64,000 nucleotides of DNA, taken from the NCBI GenBank assembly GCA_048772705.1, contig JBLWGC010000230.1, positions 1,054,001-1,118,000 on the forward strand. The letters run 5' to 3'. This DNA is from Leidyana gryllorum EB-2025a. Lineage: Eukaryota > Protista > Apicomplexa. A program made the translations under genes and the position numbers. Under the pieces are notes generated by a model. That model saw only the letters and a list, made by a program, of their open reading frames with translations. It made no database searches and had not been told where the DNA came from. This document shows, piece after piece, positions 36,554 to 48,212 of this stretch (within the stretch, counting starts at the first letter, position 1; every line of letters begins with the position of its first letter).

Positions 36554-38498
36554 ATGTGGGTATGGCTGACCCTGGCGGTTGTGCAAGCTGTATCGTCAAT
36601 TGATGAAGATTGGACCTTCAATGGTCACTTCCGAGGGAAGCGTTGGCACGTGGAACCGCGAACAGACCATCTGGTCAGATATGTACCTGCGAGCTCATCA
36701 AGCGGAACGTATTTATGGTCGGATATTCCGGCTAGAAGTCTGGATATCAATGTGTACTTCAAGGCTGACAACTCGACTGAAGCCCCCGTGGAAGAGCAGA
36801 TACTACGCACCTGCGTATACATGGTGAATCCTGCTCATCTAGGTGACAACCGATATATAGCTGATGGGGTGCCTGAGCGTCCGGTGACGGATGCCCAGGT
36901 GGAAGAGGATGGGACATCGATGTGTACTGATGCCTTGCAGAACCGCGGGGCAATAGTTGGGCAAGAGATCACGTGTCGGAATGGTCAGCTGAGAATACCT
37001 TTGGCCGACACTTGGGACTTTTGGCGGTCTCTGGACAAGCGGGAGCGGACGGGTGCCGCGCGACCGCGACGCGTGTGGGCCAGTATCAACCAGAATACAC
37101 TTGAGAGTAGTTTGATTCAAGGACCTCCTTCGTCACCCTATCATGTTGACGGCACCAGAAAAGCGTATGTCCAGTACGAGCTTCCCAGGAAGACTCGTTC
37201 TGCGCTGAACTCCTGGCTCCTCCAACCTATCCCTACCAATTCCTCTCTCCATATATGTCACGCCAATGTCGATGAGAAGAATCAATACACTAAGATAACC
37301 GCTGTTGGTACCATTCAGCCCAGAAAAGGTGAGCAGCGTGTCTGTGTGTTTCTGGTAGGATGCGTCTTGGTTCTAGATTCGAACATCAATGCAAGCATGG
37401 CGACCACCGAGACGTCTATGCGGGTATTCTTTGAACCAGGGTGGCGGCTGAAGAAGTCCATCCGTAAGCAGGCCATTGTCGCTCTATGTTGCGTGAAAAC
37501 AAACTACAGGTGGTACCAACCTCGAAATGAGTGACCATTTGGCCGTCAAACTGAACGAATGTGAGGGCAAAATGGATGATTTGGCCATGCGGATCATCAA
37601 GCCATTCTCCAAAAGCACCATTCTTCATTACGATCCTAACGTGTCTGCCACTGCTGACAGCCCGTTGTCCCCACCTCCCAAAGCGACTGACATCCTCGCA
37701 TTTGATGTGACCGTCACTCCGATCCACGAGCGCGATGCGTAAGTGCCTTCCCGGGCGTAACGACAACGACGGTTTGACATCTTATGACCGTCAGGACAAG
37801 CGACTGGCGCCGCGCAGCCTATATCATCCGACGAGCTCAACGTCGTAGCCAAATGGAAGCTCTGGCCAGGAGTGCCAGAACCAAGGGTTCACAGGGGCCC
37901 ACGCGGAAGGTTCGTGAACGCACTCCAAGCGAGGAGGGATTGTAAGATGCATTGTTCAGATCAAGCCTCTGTCATCCAAGGTCATCAGGAAAATGACTTT
38001 GTGTTACTATCGCGACCCAAGTGATCTGCGGGGGACGTTTGCAGGCTCCACCACCTACACTTTAGGTACGTCGTTGGTTTGGGCACACACACATTCCGGC
38101 TGGGGCCGTCTTGAGCTTCCGTTGTGCGTTTGCACGCGCGCACACACACACGCTCTGGTGAGTGAGAACCTTTATTTTCGTTTCAGCTTCCTCTGACGCC
38201 GCGGAATTCGTGGCATTGTCTATTTTCTTTCTGTTGTGGCTGCCGGTCTGCTGTATGTGGACGATAGGCTGTCTCGGGTACAAACATAGATCTCTGCGAG
38301 TTATTCTCCGTCAAACGCGACTGGCGCAACAACGAGAGCAGGTGAGCCTTCCTTCGGTTAGGGAGCGGAAGAGTGGCTTTTCTTTAGATTGAGGCGCGAT
38401 TGGCCAAGTATTTGGGTACCCAAAAAGACGACGAGTCTAGTGCCTCTGAGGCATCAGAGAGTGGTGCTGCAGAAGCCCCACTCTTGCCCTCCGAGTAG
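36554..38498 (+). CDS. Hypothetical type I membrane protein (signal peptide, Cys-containing ectodomain, one TM segment)
   Basis: MWVWLTLAVVQAVSS signal peptide and TM FVALSIFFLLWLPVCCMWTIGCLGY followed by basic residues. Multi-exon. Confidence 0.55.
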
Positions 38499-38552
38499 CG
38501 GAGACGGGTCTATCTGCTCAAAGATGTCTGATACATCAAGCCGAAAAACGTC

Positions 38553-41305
38553 TCATAGGCAGCCGCCGCCCCAAGTGAGGGAAGCCGCTCTGGCCAATAT
38601 ACAACCGAGTGAGGGAGTCTGCAGACAGCGAACGTTGGCGGTGAACTCTCCAGTTTGATCTGAAGCGTTGGATCCCAGATCGTCTGCAGTTGAAGTAAAG
38701 TTGAGAGAAGCTGCGAAGGCACCGCCCCCAATGGAAGCACTTAGCATTCCTCGCTTGGAACCCATTGACTGCTTCCGCTGGCGAGGCGAGTCGGCCCTGA
38801 GTTGGACCTTGCGCGTTTGGGAAGAGTCACTAGGGACGTCCGACGTGGCCGGAAATGCTTCGCCCGAGAGCCAACGGTTCATGGAAGTTGTTCCGGTCAA
38901 TAGTAGGGCTTCCTCCTCATCCGGATTCAGTTCCTTGACGGACGATCGGCGATGGGGGCTGGGGGCACGTACCTGTGACCGGTTGGCCTTCACAGCTCTC
39001 CCTTTAGCCTTTGTGCTACGAGCTAGTAGCCTTCGGACAACCAGATCTTTGCGTACCCACGCTGCGATTTGTATCGGACGGCGCATGGGCCGATGTCGAG
39101 AGGAACTCCTCTTCTCCATCGACCCGTGGCGTATCGTCATCGTCGGACACTGCTGAGCGGGGATGGTTTTCGGGGATCGCCGTCGTCGCAATATCGTCAA
39201 CTTTGCGGTTCCGACTAGAACAAGCAGCGTCAGTGGGCCCTGAAGCCGCGGACACCATCCGCGTTTCACAGGAGTCCAATACCGCATCCTCGAACTCAGC
39301 GTCCCCTCCATCATCCCCGTTCTGTGCTTTGGTCGTCGTCGGCGACGACTCCTCCTCCGCCTCCACCACCTCACACGAGGATGGCGCTGCTTCTCGGCTG
39401 TTGCCGTCTTCCAAGCGCTCCTCGCGTGTAGGTGTGTTGATCGCGTCCTCGCAATCACCACTTGGCTGTGGCTGCAAGCACCATATTATTCGACCTCCAT
39501 CGCCCTTAACAATGCTCACCGCCGCCTCAAGGTCTTCATCCGTCTTGAGTACCGAGGGCTCGTAGCATGAGTCCGTCTTGGAGATCTCCGAACGGTCCGG
39601 CCGAGGCTCATCTTCAGTGTCAGTACGAGGCTCTTGGCTGGTCTGTGGGGGGGCGTGGGCAACTTTACATTACTCTCCGGCCACGCTCACTGAATTTGTA
39701 TCCTCCAGACTGCGAGGATGTGATTCGGGCTCTCTTTTCGCTTCTGCTGTAGCACGAGGTGGTTGATAGTCCTCTTCGGGCTCTGTCTCCGGCGCCACTT
39801 CGGCTTCTGTCCCAGCTTCCATGGCTGGTGCAACTACACTGGCAGCAGCTTCGGCCTGTCTGGGAGATCCAAACGCGGGCTCTGAGGAGGCAGACGAGGA
39901 GGAAGCTGATCTCCGCCTGCTGACAATATCATGCAAAACTGCGGTCATGGCATGGCGAATTGGCGCCTTGTGAATATCGTCCAAGACAAAGGACATGGCC
40001 TTGCGTGTTTGGACCTTGCGCACTTCGTCCACTACTTTTGACATGTGCATCTTGGCTCGTCCCTGCGGCACCTCTCCCAGAACGGACTTAAACCGAGCTT
40101 TGTGCGGGGCTCTCCGCACGTCTTCCAGAACATCGGTCATAATCCTCCGGTATGGTGCTCTGCAGCACGGACCGTGCAACCCGTTGGGCGAGGCCAAACT
40201 CCCGACCCAATCCCCTTACCTTACAACTTCCTCCAAAACCTCCTTCATTTGCTCAGTGGGCTTAGCTACTGCTCGTCCAGTGCCATCCAGCGCTGCAGCG
40301 AGGGGAGAGAGAGTAATTGGGAGAGAGACAGCAGCGACGGCAACTCACTGTCGTCTGACGGACTCGCCACATTCTGGAGGGGCTCGACATTTTGCACTCC
40401 TTCGTGGGAGTACTGGTCCAACTCTGGAATTTGATAGGGCTCGGCTCCACCCTCCGTCTCGCCCGACACCCGACTTAAGCTGGGTGCCAGTTCTGGTTCG
40501 GTAACTTTTCGGGTGACTTCACCACCACGATTGTACTCTAAGCGCACTCGGAAGTCCAGCTCTCCCGTAACAACTTCATCATCGCTGGCAGATAACAACT
40601 GAGGGGCGAGAGATTTTTCGGTCGATCTCTCCTCGAATCTCACTCAACCTACCGGCAGCGATCCTTGGAAATGACTTCGTCCCGCAGCTTCCAAAGTTCC
40701 AATGTCGAATGAGGCAACCCCCAATAATTCGGAAACACTTGTCTCAATATAGGTCTCAAATCTGGGTGTCACAGGAGACATCGAGGGCGTCACGAAGCTG
40801 TCGACTCACTTCAATACAGGGCCGCAACTCGCTGGCAAGCGTATAGAGATAGGCTTCTTATTCTGCATTGCGGAGGCAGGGATATATAGGGTCATACTTG
40901 TCCTTTCGTCAGCGATAACAATAAGATTTATCAGGGGGGGGGTGGGGCGGTCCATGAGGCGGACGCCACATGTCTCAACACAGAGCGACGTGGCTCGCGC
41001 CGGCACGCTGGCTCCACGATCATCAATGTGCGAAGCGAAAGCTGCGGTCAACGCAGCATCCGGCAGCCGAAGTCGGAAGCCGTCTCTTGGTACCTCATCA
41101 TCGGTAAGCTGCAACTGGCAGTCTAAACTCATAGTGGAGCTATCACTCAATTGTATCTGTACGTCGCAGAAAGACGTGTAGAGAGAGAAGCGATTTTGAC
41201 CGATACGCTTACAGCAATGGGACCGTGCAAATTGTTATAGCGATCAAAGATCATATGGGGTATGTCGATCGCTGTTTCTGCAATCACTTCACCTTCTTGG
41301 TCCAT
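38553..41305 (-). CDS. Hypothetical protein with C2-like N-terminal strands, six 16-aa repeats and an acidic tail (multi-exon; ends approximate)
   Basis: The spliced model contains ELLGVASFDIGTL...GSLP...VVTGELDFRVRLEY (C2-like last strands) and MxxVLxxV repeats. Confidence 0.5.
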
Positions 41306-41357
41306 GACCCGTAATCTGGGGAGATCGATTGTTGATGAGCGACGGCGGACTTTCGAC

Positions 41358-42734
41358 TCACTTGAGGACGGATTGAGCGTCCAGTTTGGCTAAGAGGGAG
41401 CATAATTCCACAGCGAGACGTCGTGAGGGTATCGGAACCCTAACACAAGTCACTCCGTGTAAAATCAGCAGGGTCAGTTTCTGCGGTCTCGGGAGCTCCG
41501 ATTCCACAGAGACAGATTTGAGTATGAAATTGAGGCACCTGTGGGAACAGAGAACAACCTGTTGGTCAGCGGTGACCAGTTGAACATCGTCGCGATTAAG
41601 CAGCCATAGAGAACGCATATGATCAGGGGTCTTCGATACGATCTTGGCCTCGGGAAGCAACGTGCAACATTCGTATGCGCCAATAGGACCTGTTTTCCAT
41701 TCTGAGAGTGAAGGAGGAGATACACAGGTCCCAGAAGCCACCGATGGTGGCGGCACGGCGGCCGTTTGGACTTTGGGAGGTGCAGCAGCTCCTTTGGACT
41801 TTCGTCTGATCACCACCTCGGAAGATGTGGCGTCAGTTGACTTGTCCACCACCAATGTAGGCGCAGGGGGGGCTTGAGTGACCTTGATGGGGTTCCGATG
41901 AGGGGGCAAGGCGGCTTTGTGAGGCGAAGAAGTGCGAGCGGGAGAAGAAACTCGCTGCACAATAGGGGCAGGAGGCACCCGGATCATGCCATCGCTCGGA
42001 CGATGATAAGGCATAGACGGCCTGGGTGGGGCACTCGGCTGGGCTGCAGAGGGCGAGGCAGCGGCCATGGGTGATGGCTGTTGTTGTGGTGGCATGTAAT
42101 ATGAGGCTGAACCCACAGCAGGAGCGTAACCAGCTGCTGCAGCCGCTGTTGCCGGGGATTGAGGAAAGTGGTCCGCTCTCGAGTAAGAATGTGAGGAGGG
42201 TGCCGGTGGAACCCGTCTTCCACCAAAGGATTGTTGCCGTGTATGAGTGCCATGCGCCGTTCGAGTAATGAATGGCTGTGAATGCGGCGATCTGGCGTGA
42301 TGTAAGGGCGTTCCCGCGGGAAGGAGAATTGGTTGCTCAGAGCTACGTCTGGCAGCATTGTGTGTCTGTTGAGATGTGGGCATTGCGGCGGCTCCCCGTA
42401 AGCACTGGGCAGGCGAGAACACCTGGCCGGTGTGTGAGTAGGTGGCTCCCATGGCATCGTTGGGAGCTATTGGGGATCTACGACACAGCCCTACGGAAGC
42501 GGTGCGTGCAGCCATGGGTGTAGGTAAAGAAGTAGCGGGCGGAGCGCCCAGGAAGTCGCACGCAGGTGGAGGGAGTAGGACATTGGGCATGTTGTGCGTC
42601 GGAGACGCTCGTTGGATGTGAACCGAGGGTGAAGGACCCCGTTCAGGGAACATCAGACTGGAGTCCTCGAACATATCCACGAAGCCGTTCCACTCCCCCC
42701 CAGGTGGTAATGTCTGGACCAGACCACGCATCAT
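41358..42734 (-). CDS. Pro/Ala/Ser-rich protein with a C-terminal globular (possibly PH-like) domain
   Basis: Long intronless ORF, disordered N-terminal two thirds, and a beta-rich C-terminal ~105 aa ending in a helix. Confidence 0.55.
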   Translation of the reverse strand: MMRGLVQTLPPGGEWNGFVDMFEDSSLMFPERGPSPSVHIQRASPTHNMPNVLLPPPACDFLGAPPATSLPTPMAARTASVGLCRRSPIAPNDAMGATYSHTGQVFSPAQCLRGAAAMPTSQQTHNAARRSSEQPILLPAGTPLHHARSPHSQPFITRTAHGTHTRQQSFGGRRVPPAPSSHSYSRADHFPQSPATAAAAAGYAPAVGSASYYMPPQQQPSPMAAASPSAAQPSAPPRPSMPYHRPSDGMIRVPPAPIVQRVSSPARTSSPHKAALPPHRNPIKVTQAPPAPTLVVDKSTDATSSEVVIRRKSKGAAAPPKVQTAAVPPPSVASGTCVSPPSLSEWKTGPIGAYECCTLLPEAKIVSKTPDHMRSLWLLNRDDVQLVTADQQVVLCSHRCLNFILKSVSVESELPRPQKLTLLILHGVTCVRVPIPSRRLAVELCSLLAKLDAQSVLK

Positions 42735-42754
42735 AGTCAAAAAGGACCACCAGA

Positions 42755-45700
42755 TCAAATCTTTTCTTTCCTCATAAGCAGATTTATGTCAAATCCGGTT
42801 TTCTTATCCATGAAGTTCATAAAGTGACTGACAGCCGGGGGAGCTGTTGGTTTCGGGATCATCAGATCTTCTGCACTGTCGTCCGTCCCCTGCATAGTCT
42901 CGGCCATATCAATGTTCTCATCGTTCTCATCTCCCATCATCTCGTCCTCTTCATCATGTGGCGACAGATCACCCGCCTCTTCGGCCATGTCAGTGTCGTC
43001 GCCGTTCTCCACTTCGTAATCGGACACTACGCGACTCTGACCCAAGAAATCTGCCAACACTTCGTTCCTACACAGGTAGTGTACCACCTCATCCGGCAGA
43101 CTCTCAACACTCTTTTTGAGACGTTGACGCTCTGCTGACACCAGAACTGGCACACACTTCATGAGCTCGGCGTTCAGCCCATCTTGAAGTTGTTGAGCCT
43201 ATGGGGGAAAGGAATGAGACAGAGAGAGAGAGAGAGATGGTACTGTATGTATTGAATGTGTCGTATCTGGATCACTTACGCTGTCTACGAGTTCAATGTT
43301 GCGTTGGGCATTATTGATGGACCCGAGGAGACTCTGGTAGATGATGGCTCCCTGCTCCTCAGCGGCTTTGCGCTCTCTGGCTTCCCGGTCCCGAGCCTCG
43401 AAGAGTTCCTTCTTCACTGCTGCTTTCTGCTGTTCCATTTTCTTCCGCGTAGTCTCGGCTTTGGTCGCACCATCCCTGACAAGCTGTCGGATCTCCTGGA
43501 TGTCATGACGTATCTGCTCGATCTCCTTTCGCAGCTCTTTCAGCGTCCGTTCTCTGCTCTTCTTTCCGTCAACCACTCTCATTTCTGCGTCCTTCACAGC
43601 TTTGTTCTGAACACGCGAAATCCACCGCCGAATAGATGATCTGATCGACCGTCAACGATCTCACCTGTTCCATGCCAGTGACATTGGCAGCTTTCACCAC
43701 GGCGTCAGCGACGTTAGCAATGTGGGAGGCTGTGACGAGGGCACAGTCTTGGGAAGCTCTCGGCCGTTCATTGCCCACAGTCTTCTCGACTCTGCTTTTG
43801 ACCGTCTCGTAGTCCAAGCAGAAATGTAGCTGTGCGAGCTGCTCGCGGGTGATATTCTGGAAGTCGAGATCACGACAGAGGCTCGGGAATGATCTGCAAA
43901 TATCGCTCTCAATCCACAAACTCTCTCACACTCACTCTCCGAAGCCTCCCTGCAGAATCATGCGGATACTCTCTATCACCCCCCGTAAGTTGGGGATATG
44001 CATTCCATCCGAGACATCAGCTCCATGCAGGAAGTCAATGAAATTGTTCCAGCTTTGGGAATCAGCTCTCCACCGCTCTTTGACTCCCTTCTCGATATCG
44101 CATCGATCTCTATTTTTGGCTTCTGCCGCGGCGTGATTATCTCGAGCCTTCTCTTGCAGATCTCTGACCATCCGCCGCGCAGCCTCGACTTCTGCGTGAC
44201 TCATCTGACGGATCAAACTCGTTGAACGGACTCGCTCTGGGCTCACCTCTTGACTAGCTACTTTTGCATTCACTTGCACGATGCTCTCTTGCAGCGCTGC
44301 CTTCTCACGCTTGCGGTCATCAATTTGCTTCTGGACTTCCAGGATACTGACTTTGGTGGCTTTCATATTGTCACTCATTTCAGTCAATGTGTGCTTTGTT
44401 GTCTTGGCGTCATTCTGGTACGTCTCCACCATAGTTCGCAGACGTTCTGAAAATCGGGGAGAAATTGACGCCGCGAGGCTGTCTGTTCTCCGGCCTACCG
44501 AGCTCCTGACCCAACCGCGACAAACCAGTGATGTTTGTGAACAACTCCTCCTTCTCCACCTCCATTCCGAGACGCCGTTGTTCCGCTTGGTCAAGCATTG
44601 ATCTGAGTGAAATCTCTTCAATCACACTGATTTGCTGAGACCTGAATTATGCCAGTCTCACCAACGAATTGACAAACAATGTTGAAAGCTTCCTGTCTCT
44701 CGTGCTCGTCAGCGATCGCTCGCAAACATCTGGCTGCTAATCCAAAGTAAAGGTCCAAGTCGGTGTACGACACTGTAACCTCTGATTGAAAGCCACTCCC
44801 GTGCTCGCAGATCGTCCTCGTGAACACAGACACACTCTCAAACATTTGTAAATCCTCGGGGTGGAGACCACCCCCATTGCGGCTGGGTGTCGCCTGAGCG
44901 GCACTGTTGCTGTACGTCGCGGACGCAATGTATTTGAGATAGTCCGAACTCATAGGATACGAGAAAGTCTCGGCATCGTACTTCATGAGCGTGATAAGCC
45001 AGAGAAGCCCGCCCAGAACAGTAGCTGCGGACGACGGAGTCGTCAGCTGCCTCCAATGGGATGCGGCAATATAATCACGGTGACTGAATTGAATGACATT
45101 GCGCGTCCGTACCAACCAGAATGAGTGTGATGGGAGTGTTACGTTGTGTTACGGTGTGACAGTGTAGCGTTGTTGCAGTGACCACACACAAAGGCTTACT
45201 TTAAATACTTAAATAGCGCAATAAAGGTGGTCTCGCCCTCCGGTACGACACTACGAGGATCAATCTGCCGCATTATTGCATTCGCCAACTCAGTGAGAGA
45301 CTTTCTGCTAAGGTGCTCAATCACATTCGTTGATACTCCAATGGATCGCAGATATCTGGGCACGCAGAGTTTTCTCAATATCGATGTTCGAGAGCATTGC
45401 GCTCACTCTCCTATCTCAGATTTCACAGCTTTCACTTCGTCACTGACCACACTGTCGCCACCTGACGTTATTGTTGACAGCCTTGGGGCTTCTACCATAA
45501 GAGTGCATAATGTGCAGAAAGTACCGCTCACTTCTTCCTAAGGCAGTGGGGGGAGTTGCAGCGGGAATAGACCCCCGCCCAACGGTGGGCCTCGGATTGA
45601 CTGACATTGCAGTAGTCATTTTGATTGACTGCCTTGACGACTGCTGGTGCTGCAGTGCAGCAGGTCCGGCACTCAGAGAGGAGGCCAAGGTGGTGGCTGG

Positions 45701-45760
45701 CGGTATTGAAGGCCTTCTTCCATATCTAAACGAGTTGGGCAAGGGTGTAGAGCTCTCCAT
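42755..45760 (-). CDS. NDC80: Probable kinetochore protein Ndc80/HEC1 (multi-exon)
   Basis: Basic Ser/Arg N-terminal tail. CH-like segment ELANAIMRQIDP...FIALFKYL...VLGGLLWLI, followed by long coiled-coil exons. Confidence 0.55.
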
Positions 45761-45780
45761 TGGTCAAAAATTGCTGTCAC

Positions 45781-48187
45781 ATGGCCACAACCTTCGCTGA
45801 CCATTTCCCCACTCTCAAGCCTGACCTCATTCAAGGACTTACGGCGGCCAATTATGTCTCACCCGCAGAGATACAACGCTCAGTCATCCCGCCCGGTTTG
45901 AAGGGACAAAGTAAGCAGCGCTCTCTAATGGCACAACTTGTGGTCTGCAGATATTGTGGCTCAAGGAGCCTCGGGATGTGGCAAAACCGTTGCCTTCACA
46001 TGTGTTTGTCTCAACAGAATAGACCCCTCCATGGTACACCCCCCTCGTTACGACCTGCAGCCTATTCCTCGCTGTCCTGAGGTCCCAATCCCATCGCCCC
46101 AACGTCTCCAATGTTTGGTCATAGCCCCTACGAGAGAAGTAGCAGTGCAAGTGGCTGATGAGTTTGTCAGAATCGGCTGGTATATGATAGGGAATGAAGG
46201 CGTAGGAATTGTTTGTTGCGTCGGCGGAGTTGCTGTACACGCCGACCTCCTCGCTTTGCGAATCCGGCGGCCTCAAATCGTTATTACGACTCCGGGGAGA
46301 CTACTTTCTCTCATTCAAGACGAGTCCTCAGAGAGTCAACGGAGACTCGCCGAGAAGAAGGTCACCAGAACTCGCTTGGATCAAGTGAAATGGAATATAC
46401 CCCCATTGAAGATTGTCATATTTGAAGAGGCTGACCGACTCTTAACGGAGAACTTTGAACGCCAAACTCTGACTATCGTCCGCTACCTAAGCGTCAGAGG
46501 CTATAGACCCACCTGTCTATTCTTCTCGGCGACATACGCCCCACAGCTCCTTCAGCTCACCGAGAAAATCACCTTTACTCTGGCCAATAGTCGTCGCCCC
46601 AGACAGCAGCCGCTGAAATCAGTCTCAGATGAGAAGGCGGAAACTTCTGTCAACGGTGGAGACGCCACTGAGACACAAAATCAGCCCTCAGATGAGATGG
46701 CCGAGCTGTGTGGGGAAGGGGGAGACACCAATGAGACTAACAATCCCCTCTTAGAGGAGAGGGTGGTGACTGCCGACGGAGGGAAAGACTCCGTTGAGAG
46801 AGAAATCCGCCTTCTCTCAGGTGAGAAGGCGGAGGCTGCTGGCGAGCTTTCAAGTTCGAATGAGGATCCGGAGCCGAAGAAGCTTCGAAGCGATTCGGAT
46901 ACCAACATGTCAGTGGAGGAAGACGAACTTTATGTTATGGTAGACGGGGTGTCACCGGAACCTCCACCGGAGATCAAGGCGTCTCGGGTCCTACGCAAAT
47001 GCTATCTTGTCTCCAGTTTTATAATACACCCTGCGAATGCCACTCTGGATACAATGAGATCGACTGTGAAGGCTCACATTCCCATCAATGTTGATGCTGA
47101 TGAGGAGCAGCTCAAACTGCTCAAAGAGAAAGAAGTGCAAACTCCCGCCCTTGACAGAGTTCCGTGCCAATATATATCGCTTTCAGAAGACATGACTGTG
47201 GAAGACCTGTGCACTGCACTCATCAAGAACTTGAACCTCGACCCCGATCAAGTCAAGATGACCCCCGAAGAGACTTCAGAGATGGCTGGTGAGGGCTCTG
47301 CACTGGAGAAGAGTAGTGGTCCTCCGTCCATGGACAGTGAAGAGACGAACCCGCTGACAGCAAAGGGTGATGAGGATACAACTGGGGAAGGTCAAGGAAG
47401 CTCGCCGAGTGGAGTTTTGCAAGAAATATCGAGGGCTGATGGCGGCGATACAGAGACAGTGGACGAGACTGTGGAAGCTTTGGGAGGGTCTGTCACCGAT
47501 GCGAATGACGATCTGGCAACACATCCCTTGATGAAGCTGGCCGAGTGGGCTATGGAGGACGAAGAATGGTCGCATTGGCCAGATCTCTTTCCAAAGTTCT
47601 TGACCGTAGTGGGACTGGTGTGGCATTACCGCTCTTTGTGGACTCAAATGTGCATTTTCTGCAACGATGCGTTCAGTGGTCAGAAGATAGCTCAAGCACT
47701 CACACACTTAGGGGTGGCTGCTGCCTACATCAGGTTAGTCAGCAGATTTGGGCAAACACCAATTGCTCTTGTCGTTCGCAGTGGGAGGATGACGCAGGCT
47801 GTCCGGCTTCACCACATTCAAGCGATGAAGATGGGGGAGCTGAAGGTGTTGGTTGGGTCAGATGTGGTAAGTGGATTGTGTGTGTGGGACAAGGGTTGTG
47901 ATGTGACGAATAATATCTTGACGACTTTAGCTGGCACGAGGAATCGATGTTCCAGAGCTGAACTTAGTGTTGTCAATAGATCTGCCCCAGGAGAAGGAGA
48001 CTATATTGCATCGGATAGGGAGAGCTGGACGGTTTGGTAGGTGGTATATAGGGGAGAGGAGTAGTATATTGGTTGCACATTAGGGCGAGAAGGGCACTGT
48101 ACGTTCATTTGCCGGGAGGAGGACGAAGTGCCGACATTGAAACTGTTCTCCATTCAGACAGGGTTTCAGGTCAAGAAGCTTTTCTGA
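45781..48187 (+). CDS. DEAD-box RNA helicase, DDX20/Gemin3-like, with motif II EEAD and a large acidic insertion
   Basis: Q motif (GL...YVSPAEIQ), [36 protein letters not shown] and [11 protein letters not shown] across introns. Confidence 0.8.
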
Positions 48188-48212
48188 TGGGGAAGAAAAC
48201 GATTTGTGCTCG

